This document shows positions 9,805 to 16,432 of a stretch of DNA of 28,320 nt, in pieces. The first letter of the stretch is position 1; every line of letters begins with the position of its first letter. Position numbers and translations under genes: made by a program. This DNA is from a virus (lineage: Duplodnaviria > Caudoviricetes): IMG/VR virus record IMGVR_UViG_3300030095_001466, positions 1 to 28,320 of that record. One strand, 5' to 3'. The notes beneath the pieces were generated by a model. It did not search any database, was not told where the DNA came from, and saw only the letters and a list, made by a program, of their open reading frames with translations.

Positions 9805-9910
9805 AGTTCTTAGATGTCTTACTGTTTTGATGGTTGTTTTTACTATGTACTCCTTTTCTTTTTTTCTTTGGTTTAGATTCGTAAACTCTAGGAATAAATC
9901 TCTTAGCCAT
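9773..9910 (-). CDS. 45-aa highly basic peptide ending KKYRGQGR
   Basis: MAKRFIPRVYESKPKKKRKGVHSKNNHQNSKTSKNYVKKYRGQGR; ATG overlaps the holin stop; below the ORF-track cutoff. Confidence 0.75.
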   Translation of the reverse strand: MAKRFIPRVYESKPKKKRKGVHSKNNHQNSKTSKNYVKKYRGQGR

Positions 9911-10296
9911 TACTTCTTAGAATATTTTTCTAAACCACGAGAACCGAAGTATGCACCAATGACTGTTATCAAAACTATCTGCAATAAATCTACCCAACTC
10001 TCTTTGACTTCAAATTCTATTTTGCCTGCATCTATAAATACCAATAAAATAGTTGAGATAACTAGAATCAATAATACAATAGGTCTGATGTTTTTAGAAA
10101 GCCAAGAGTCTGAGGTGCTATCAAACTTCCATCTCTCTGTAGTATTCTTTTGCATCTCAATCTCAAAAGACTGGAATAGTTGTTGAATCTCTTGGTTAGC
10201 TTTGTGCTTCTCTTCTTTAGTCTGCACAAACCTATCAACAATGTTAGCTATACCACTTGCAGTCTCACCAAATAATTTAGATAGTATCTTATTCAT
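9910..10296 (-). CDS. Holin (3TM / GTA-holin-like)
   Basis: IVDRFVQTKEEK...RWKFD..SDSWLSKNIRP, TM helices, YFGSRGLEK; start taken as MNKILSK. Confidence 0.85.
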   Translation of the reverse strand: MNKILSKLFGETASGIANIVDRFVQTKEEKHKANQEIQQLFQSFEIEMQKNTTERWKFDSTSDSWLSKNIRPIVLLILVISTILLVFIDAGKIEFEVKESWVDLLQIVLITVIGAYFGSRGLEKYSKK

Positions 10297-10471
10297 ATCG
10301 GTCTTTTTTACAAGGTGATACATAATACGTTGTGTTATACTTATTTTTTACTTGTATAACTTTTACGGTATCACCGATTTCAGTTAATGATGTGACGTAT
10401 GATACTTGTGCAGGCATATATAATATATCAGAACAACTCGTTAAAATAAATATTAAAAATAAATATCTCAT
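10289..10471 (-). CDS. Small lipoprotein (possible o-spanin-like)
   Basis: MRYLFLIFILTS-C lipobox-like signal; within the lysis block. Confidence 0.55.
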   Translation of the reverse strand: MRYLFLIFILTSCSDILYMPAQVSYVTSLTEIGDTVKVIQVKNKYNTTYYVSPCKKDRYE

Positions 10472-10581
10472 CTATCCTCATCAGTTACCCATACGTATAT
10501 TATGAGACCTCCTAAAAGCAAAGCAGTAACAATGACCAGTCCTATCACAGCAAAATCTAAGTTCTCTATATTTATTCTCAT
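10468..10581 (-). CDS. 37-aa single-TM protein
   Basis: MRINIENLDFAVIGLVIVTALLLGGLIIYVWVTDEDR; start and stop overlap both neighbours. Confidence 0.7.
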   Translation of the reverse strand: MRINIENLDFAVIGLVIVTALLLGGLIIYVWVTDEDR

Positions 10582-10772
10582 TATAATTCATCTATTAAAT
10601 CCATTAATTTATTTTCTATTCTTAAAAATATTTCTATTCTTTGAACTCCTTCCCATTCTTTAAGACCCTCTGCAACATCCATAAGCGTATTGATCTTAGA
10701 TAATGTTTGCGTTGTTTTTAATTGTTCATTAACGTCTTTTTCAGAAAGACTTATATCACTTAATAATTTCAT
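10581..10772 (-). CDS. Hypothetical protein (63 aa)
   Basis: ORF coupled to both neighbours. Confidence 0.65.
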   Translation of the reverse strand: MKLLSDISLSEKDVNEQLKTTQTLSKINTLMDVAEGLKEWEGVQRIEIFLRIENKLMDLIDEL

Positions 10773-11071
10773 CTTTTGTAAACTCTATCTTCTAATGCTT
10801 CTAGTCTTTTGTTTGTTTGATCTTCAAACTTCTCGAATTCTTTTATTAAATAATCTATTTTTTGATTTATTACTTTTGTATCGTCTTGTTCTATTTTATA
10901 TTCAGGAAGAGATTTAGCTATTTCTATTTCAGAAGTTAATTGTGAATACGTCATTGTAAGAGATATAATACCACCAACTAAAAGACCTAAGAACTTAATA
11001 TCAATCTTTAAATCTGATTTACCGTCTCCATCAAGATCAAGAGCAACCTTTTTATTTGTTATATCATCCAT
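10769..11071 (-). CDS. Single-TM coiled-coil protein with DxDxDG motif (possible i-spanin-like)
   Basis: DLDGDGKSD, TM FLGLLVGGIISLTMTY, C-terminal heptads. Confidence 0.6.
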   Translation of the reverse strand: MDDITNKKVALDLDGDGKSDLKIDIKFLGLLVGGIISLTMTYSQLTSEIEIAKSLPEYKIEQDDTKVINQKIDYLIKEFEKFEDQTNKRLEALEDRVYKR

Positions 11072-11082
11072 ATTATATTGAT

Positions 11083-11559
11083 TTAGATTTCTTCAAAATT
11101 AATTATTTTAATTGATAGATGTTTTTGCGTATCTAATATATCTGCAAGTATTGGATAGATTCTTTTATAACAATCAGTCGATTGTCCTAGAAATCCATCT
11201 TTTGTAATATTTTGTGATACAACGTTTCCAACAATAAGACACCCATCTGTATCGTCATCAGAATTCCCACAATGAAAAAGAATGTGAGTAAAATTAGGCA
11301 CATCCCTAATTTCAAGCATACCTCTATGAATGCTTGGAAAACGCTTTGTATACTTATTGTGATAACCTCCTTCTTTTCTGTATTCAATTTGATAAGTGCC
11401 TTTAGGTATGCGAGTTTCTCCATAAACTTTGACCGACCTTTTTTCATCTTCAAGAGTAAAGCATAGAAAATCTTTTTGGTTTGTTTCATTATTTACTAAG
11501 TATAAAATTCCAATAGTGCTTTCATTTTGTGAACTAAATCTATACAATTCTAATTTCAT
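11083..11559 (-). CDS. DUF5675-like protein, candidate endolysin
   Basis: STIGILY...CFTLED...ETRIPKGTY...ILFHCGN...DTDGCLIVG; heads the lysis block. Endolysin role is inferred. Confidence 0.8.
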   Translation of the reverse strand: MKLELYRFSSQNESTIGILYLVNNETNQKDFLCFTLEDEKRSVKVYGETRIPKGTYQIEYRKEGGYHNKYTKRFPSIHRGMLEIRDVPNFTHILFHCGNSDDDTDGCLIVGNVVSQNITKDGFLGQSTDCYKRIYPILADILDTQKHLSIKIINFEEI

Positions 11560-11990
11560 AATTCTTCAACAAGGTTTGATAGTGTTAGAATACCTCTGTA
11601 AATAGTTTCCGTATCCGTATCTGCACTTATATAAGCGACACCATTACTTTGTGCAGAAATACATTTAAAGTTGTTAGAACTCATATTAAAGAACGATGTC
11701 CTATCAACAAGTAATTGTGTGATCTGATTCATAGCTAGGTTTGCATCTAGTTGACCACCAGTATTCGTGTCAAATGCAGTTACGATCTCAACGTCAGTTA
11801 TGATCTCATTTAGATAAGTGTCTTTAATATCTTCTGCTATAGAGTTTGATACAGATGTAATTAATATATATGGTGTGCTACCTGACGAAGGTACTACATT
11901 ATAAACTGGTACTGTAGCAGAGTTAAGTGTGATGTTGCCACTAAGTGCATCAAAAACTTGCTTACGTATAAAGTGACTTGCATCTTTCAT
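11556..11990 (-). CDS. Tail terminator/completion protein (DUF3168-like)
   Basis: VYNVVP....PYILI motif; position after the gp10-like gene. Confidence 0.75.
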   Translation of the reverse strand: MKDASHFIRKQVFDALSGNITLNSATVPVYNVVPSSGSTPYILITSVSNSIAEDIKDTYLNEIITDVEIVTAFDTNTGGQLDANLAMNQITQLLVDRTSFFNMSSNNFKCISAQSNGVAYISADTDTETIYRGILTLSNLVEEL

Positions 11991-12355
11991 TTCCTATATT
12001 CCTTTTGTATTTGTACTGACCAGTTCTCTTCAAACCTTTTAATAGATTCTTGTATAGAAGGTTCAAAGAACGGTTGTGCTTTCATATTAGTTGTTCCCTC
12101 TTCAACAAACCTAGCATAGTCTGCATTGTAACCTACAACTATACTGAACGGTTTACCTTCAATGAATACAGATTGTTTCAATGTACCAGTATCGACTGGT
12201 ACTCTCCTTGATGATCTTCTTATTATATCTGTCCCCATCCCTGCAAGAAGTTTTGAAAAACCTTTGTTTGGTTTTACAAACTTAGCCAATGCTTTCATCT
12301 TACGATTGAAACGTCTTTTACTTTCTGCCGACATCCTTGCTTTTTTCTTTGCCAT
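11987..12355 (-). CDS. HK97 gp10-family neck/tail-completion protein
   Basis: PVDTGTLKQS...YARFVEEGT..MKAQPFFEPS. Confidence 0.9.
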   Translation of the reverse strand: MAKKKARMSAESKRRFNRKMKALAKFVKPNKGFSKLLAGMGTDIIRRSSRRVPVDTGTLKQSVFIEGKPFSIVVGYNADYARFVEEGTTNMKAQPFFEPSIQESIKRFEENWSVQIQKEYRK

Positions 12356-12684
12356 TATTGTTGTTTATCTGCTAGTATTTTAAATGTATATAAGTCTTGT
12401 TCAAACATCTCGTTGATCCTATACTTATTAGCATCGTTTGTTAAGAATAATATATCGCCTCTTTGTATGTTTGTTGTAGCAGTATTCTTTCTTAGAGTTA
12501 ACTCGATACCAGTTTGAAGTATTCGTTTACCGTCTCTGAATATCATTCTTCCATTTAAGAACTCACGATCACACCAAAACGTGCCTATCGTTGACTCTGT
12601 AGGTACTAGACCTCCATATCCATCAGAAGCATTAGTATTTCTTTTGACCGTTAATCTGTATCTTAAATCTCCTGCCTTTATCAT
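12355..12684 (-). CDS. Head closure protein (SPP1 gp16-like)
   Basis: AGDLRYRLTV...DGYGG signature; synteny. Confidence 0.85.
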   Translation of the reverse strand: MIKAGDLRYRLTVKRNTNASDGYGGLVPTESTIGTFWCDREFLNGRMIFRDGKRILQTGIELTLRKNTATTNIQRGDILFLTNDANKYRINEMFEQDLYTFKILADKQQ

Positions 12685-13244
12685 AACTCATTGTAATAAA
12701 CATATTTAGATAATATACTTTTTATGTTTGTTGGTAATTGTGCTACAATAGTTCCTTTAACATATTCTGCTCTGTTATCGTAATACGTTGTTGCTAATTG
12801 TTTAATTGCCATTTTAATATCATCAAATGAAAGACCACTTGTTGTATATACGATCTTTATATTACGCATATAGTCAGAAGGTATCTCAACATATTTATCT
12901 TCAAATCCATAAACATTATGTCCTATACTTGATAATGTACCACTACTATCTTGTTGTTGCACAGATGTTACAGATGCTATTGGTGCAAATGGCAAAACTA
13001 ATTTGATCTTACGTCTATATAAATCACCGTATTCACCTGATCTGTGGACATCACTTATAAACAATGTCCTTGTCTTAGCGACAATATCTCTGTTTATATA
13101 TGCTTCACATTTCTCTCTAGCAGACTTAATCATCTCTGCAACGATAGTATCATCATCAGACGTTTCTATCCTTGCGTATGCTTTAAGTTCTGAAGAAGCG
13201 ACGATTTCACTTCCAGTAGTAGAATCTATTTGTACACTAATCAT
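12681..13244 (-). CDS. Head-tail connector (HK97 gp6-like adaptor)
   Basis: ELKAYARIE..DD..V..MIKSARE..E.YINR...IKMAIKQL...YYDNR. Confidence 0.88.
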   Translation of the reverse strand: MISVQIDSTTGSEIVASSELKAYARIETSDDDTIVAEMIKSAREKCEAYINRDIVAKTRTLFISDVHRSGEYGDLYRRKIKLVLPFAPIASVTSVQQQDSSGTLSSIGHNVYGFEDKYVEIPSDYMRNIKIVYTTSGLSFDDIKMAIKQLATTYYDNRAEYVKGTIVAQLPTNIKSILSKYVYYNEL

Positions 13245-13429
13245 TTTGTTTCTTTATCTACTTTTAATTCTTTTGTTTGTTTTTTTACTTTCTGCTCTTT
13301 CTTCTCGATAGGTGTTCCCCAACCTTTAGCGATCCACTTATCTACGTTTGATTCAGGAATATCTAATATGTCATCTTTCACATATTCTACACCCTCTCTA
13401 ACAATATCAACTTTACATTTCATTTTCAT
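13241..13429 (-). CDS. Small post-capsid protein (62 aa)
   Basis: Start taken as MKMKCK, downstream of the -7 element; Lys-rich tail. Confidence 0.7.
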   Translation of the reverse strand: MKMKCKVDIVREGVEYVKDDILDIPESNVDKWIAKGWGTPIEKKEQKVKKQTKELKVDKETK

Positions 13430-13450
13430 AATTCTAAATTTTGATTTAAA

Positions 13451-13458
13451 CAAAGATA
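13451..13458 (-). promoter_or_regulatory. Bacteroidota -7 promoter element (TATCTTTG)
   Basis: Exact TAnnTTTG abutting the terminator T-tract. Confidence 0.65.
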
Positions 13459-13493
13459 AAAAAAAAGAGCAACAAATATGTTGCCCCTTTTTT
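13458..13493 (-). terminator. Rho-independent terminator after the major capsid gene
   Basis: Minus strand GGGCAACA-TATT-TGTTGCTC then T9; a T-run on the other strand suggests it may be bidirectional. Confidence 0.85.
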
Positions 13494-13513
13494 AAACATA
13501 ATTATTAAACTAA

Positions 13514-14731
13514 TTATGCAGTTTCTAAAGCTGTTTTTGCAGTTGAGAATGAACCCTTTACAAAAGCATTAGGTAAATATATCGAGTGTGCTATTCTAGC
13601 AATACCCCTAACACTTACTAAATACTTGCTAAAGTTATCTGAATCCTCATAACCAAAGTCAACTCTGACACCGTCTCTTTGCCATACTTGACTTCCTTGT
13701 GAGAAATCACCTACAACAAATGAACCTGCACCCATCTTATTATTCATATAAACTGGTACACCATTGATTCTAAAGAACCCATCAGCAGATACAAGTGAAT
13801 TACCTCTAAGGTATTCGTTAGTTGTATCCTTCAATAATGCGATCTTATGGAAGTCCGTTGGATTAAGTACAATACCATTAGCAGAATAGTTAGCTAATGC
13901 TAACTGATTCATACTTACATAAAGCACATCTAATTCTTGAGCAGACTCGATTGCGTTAGCAAATCCACCTGCTGAAAAAGTAGTACCACCGTTTAATAAA
14001 CCTAATAAATTAGGAGAAGTACCTGATCCACCGATTAACTGGTCATCAATTACTGTGTTGATTTTAGCAGGAAGTCGTTGTGCCAAGTAGGAGGAAAGCG
14101 CAGGCGTGTCATCAAGCATTTCTTGCGAAATAGTCATAACTGCCGTTGTCTTTTGAACTACTGCATCTTCTGCCGTTAACTGGAATTCACTATCAGTTGG
14201 TGCTGATCCTTCTGCTATATTAGCAGTATTATCAGTATAAGCAGATTCTTTTACGTATCTAACTACGTTAGAATTTGTTGAACCAACTGGAATAATTCCC
14301 ATCATATTAGTTACATTGCTTGGGTCTCTTTTGATTCCCTCAACTTTAGTAACACCTGATGCGTCTCTAGCAGAGTTCGCACCTGCGAAATCAGATGAAA
14401 TAAGAACGTCAGCTTTCAATTCCATTGAAGCGTTTGATCTTGATCCATCCTTCATTGCTTTGAATGATTCGCTTTTATTTAGCTCATCACCAAAGACTTC
14501 AGACTTAGTTTTGTAAACATTAGAGAAGTTGTCTTTTTTGTTTTCAACTTCTATCTTGTCTAACCTATCAACTATTTCTGAGTGTTTCTCAACGAGATTC
14601 TTAACCTCGCCTTTGATCACAGTATCGACTTCGTTATTAACATTATCTTTGATTGACTTTGCAGATTTCTCCAGTTTCTCATCAATAATATTACAAACAT
14701 CGTCTAACTGTTTTTTTATATTCTCATCCAT
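13514..14731 (-). CDS. Major capsid protein, HK97 fold, with N-terminal delta domain
   Basis: Coiled-coil N-terminus, IAEGS..P, ISQEMLDD, G.G....L.GL, VLNPTD, VGDFSQ. Confidence 0.96.
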   Translation of the reverse strand: MDENIKKQLDDVCNIIDEKLEKSAKSIKDNVNNEVDTVIKGEVKNLVEKHSEIVDRLDKIEVENKKDNFSNVYKTKSEVFGDELNKSESFKAMKDGSRSNASMELKADVLISSDFAGANSARDASGVTKVEGIKRDPSNVTNMMGIIPVGSTNSNVVRYVKESAYTDNTANIAEGSAPTDSEFQLTAEDAVVQKTTAVMTISQEMLDDTPALSSYLAQRLPAKINTVIDDQLIGGSGTSPNLLGLLNGGTTFSAGGFANAIESAQELDVLYVSMNQLALANYSANGIVLNPTDFHKIALLKDTTNEYLRGNSLVSADGFFRINGVPVYMNNKMGAGSFVVGDFSQGSQVWQRDGVRVDFGYEDSDNFSKYLVSVRGIARIAHSIYLPNAFVKGSFSTAKTALETA

Positions 14732-15441
14732 TATTTTGAATTTAAATTGTTAAACATATAATTAAAGATTGAATCTGAAGTGTTATTATCTTTCTTAGTC
14801 TCTAAGTGTGCATTACCACGAGTTAGTTCCTTATCTGATTGGTGTGTATTATCACGAGCAATCAAAGATTTTAAAACTTCTAATTCATATTCGACTAGAT
14901 AACCAAGATCATCTGTAATGTTTCCCTTACGGATTAACTTGATTAAGTTGTCAAATCTCTTTGTGTAATAGTCGATCTTTGCAGATTCGCCTTTTACCTC
15001 TAATATTTTTGCTTCTTCATTTGATGCTAGAGTAACTGCCGATATTTCAAATAGCTTCACCTCTTTAATTATTCTTACTCCATCTTCGTTATAATCTTTC
15101 TTTACTGGCATTATACCTACAGAGTTTTCATCTATTACTTTGTATCTCATAAGTTCTAAGACTTCTTCACCAAATGTAGTCTTAGGTACTTCTGCAACGA
15201 ATCCTAAACCTTTATCATCCTCAAACAGTTCTCTCATCTTGCCAATAGGTTTAGTGATATCGTGCTGATATAAATACTTAACACGAGAACCGTTGTTCTT
15301 AATAGTTCTTGCGTATGCACCTTTCTCTATGATATCCTTATCAGAATCTTCATTACCAAATACTGAACCGTAACCTTTAACGATTCCTAACTTCTCATCA
15401 ATGTCGCTTATCTCTCCTTGTTTAAATAATACTTTATCCAT
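14731..15441 (-). CDS. Prohead protease, HK97 family (236 aa)
   Basis: GYGSVFGNEDS..DII..GAY, LYQHD..PIG, SVG, LFEISAVT; start MDKVLFK lies downstream of the promoter element. Confidence 0.93.
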   Translation of the reverse strand: MDKVLFKQGEISDIDEKLGIVKGYGSVFGNEDSDKDIIEKGAYARTIKNNGSRVKYLYQHDITKPIGKMRELFEDDKGLGFVAEVPKTTFGEEVLELMRYKVIDENSVGIMPVKKDYNEDGVRIIKEVKLFEISAVTLASNEEAKILEVKGESAKIDYYTKRFDNLIKLIRKGNITDDLGYLVEYELEVLKSLIARDNTHQSDKELTRGNAHLETKKDNNTSDSIFNYMFNNLNSK

Positions 15442-15458
15442 AACTATAAATTTATTTC

Positions 15459-15466
15459 CAAAAATA
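15459..15466 (-). promoter_or_regulatory. Bacteroidota -7 promoter element (TATTTTTG) upstream of protease/capsid
   Basis: Exact TAnnTTTG, intergenic. Confidence 0.65.
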
Positions 15467-15487
15467 ATACAATTTTTTGTTTGATGT

Positions 15488-16432
15488 TTATTCAGGTATA
15501 AATGGGATTGATACACACCTACAATTAACAACTTCTTTTGCTCTAGCACCTAATGATGTGTCTGATGGAAACATCATTTTTGAACCACCAACAAGATATG
15601 GTTCATTCATAGGTATTGGATTATTACTATACTGACTGCTTGCAGTTCTATGAGTATCTCTAGTTCTTGATCCATCTGAAGCAATCCATTCTTTAACTAA
15701 GTTATCATCACCATAAATATCTGACGCAGATAACTGAATACCAAAGTTAGCAGAGGCAGTAGTTTCTGTTCTTACTATTCTTCTAGCCATCCACCTAGCT
15801 TTAAACTTTAATCTCTTCATTATCTCTCTAACTCTTGCTTCTTCACCTAACGACATAAAGGTTTCATCTGCTATTAATTCAGTTAATACCTTTTTAAGTG
15901 TAGCCTTTGCAACACCTGAAACGGCAGATACCTCGTTGACAAGTGCTAGATAATTTTCTTTTTCTGTAGCAAACCTTTCCATATTTTGTTCTATAACAGA
16001 TGGTGTAAGTTCTTTTTTAGCGACTTGTCTGAATGTGTCTGCATACCATTTAGCAAACCTTAGACCAGTTTGTTTATACATTTGTGCATACATCTTTTTA
16101 GTGTCTACCTCTGAAAACAATAAATTAAAGTTTTGATTATTAGCAATGGGATTTTCTATAAACATCTTCGATGCTTTTTCATATTCACCTAAATAATAAT
16201 TATAAGCTACTGGATAGTTCTTCTTCTCTGCTAGCATAACTTGTTTCTTGAAGTTACTTGCGATCTTTCTCTTAGCTTGCTTGATAATCTCTTTCCTATC
16301 TTTAGATAATGATATACATACTGCGTATCGTTGTTGTCTGTTTGGATATTCTGACATTGATGTATCGTCTATCATACATCTTGAAACAAATTGATTACTC
16401 GATTCTCCTGCTCTCGGTTTAGGTAGTGGCAT
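15488..16432 (-). CDS. MuF-like minor head protein with short N-terminal extra domain
   Basis: RIVRTET...KEWIA..RTRDTH...MMFPSD...EVVNCRC. Confidence 0.9.
   Translation of the reverse strand: MPLPKPRAGESSNQFVSRCMIDDTSMSEYPNRQQRYAVCISLSKDRKEIIKQAKRKIASNFKKQVMLAEKKNYPVAYNYYLGEYEKASKMFIENPIANNQNFNLLFSEVDTKKMYAQMYKQTGLRFAKWYADTFRQVAKKELTPSVIEQNMERFATEKENYLALVNEVSAVSGVAKATLKKVLTELIADETFMSLGEEARVREIMKRLKFKARWMARRIVRTETTASANFGIQLSASDIYGDDNLVKEWIASDGSRTRDTHRTASSQYSNNPIPMNEPYLVGGSKMMFPSDTSLGARAKEVVNCRCVSIPFIPE

Noticed and set aside
11187-11489. 100-aa alternative-frame ORF inside the DUF5675-like gene as an embedded spanin
   Set aside because: No lipobox or clear start context; cannot be supported, though not excluded.
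15442-15549. N-terminal extension of the protease in the ORF track
   Set aside because: Overlaps MuF and spans the promoter element; ATG at 15441 fits better.
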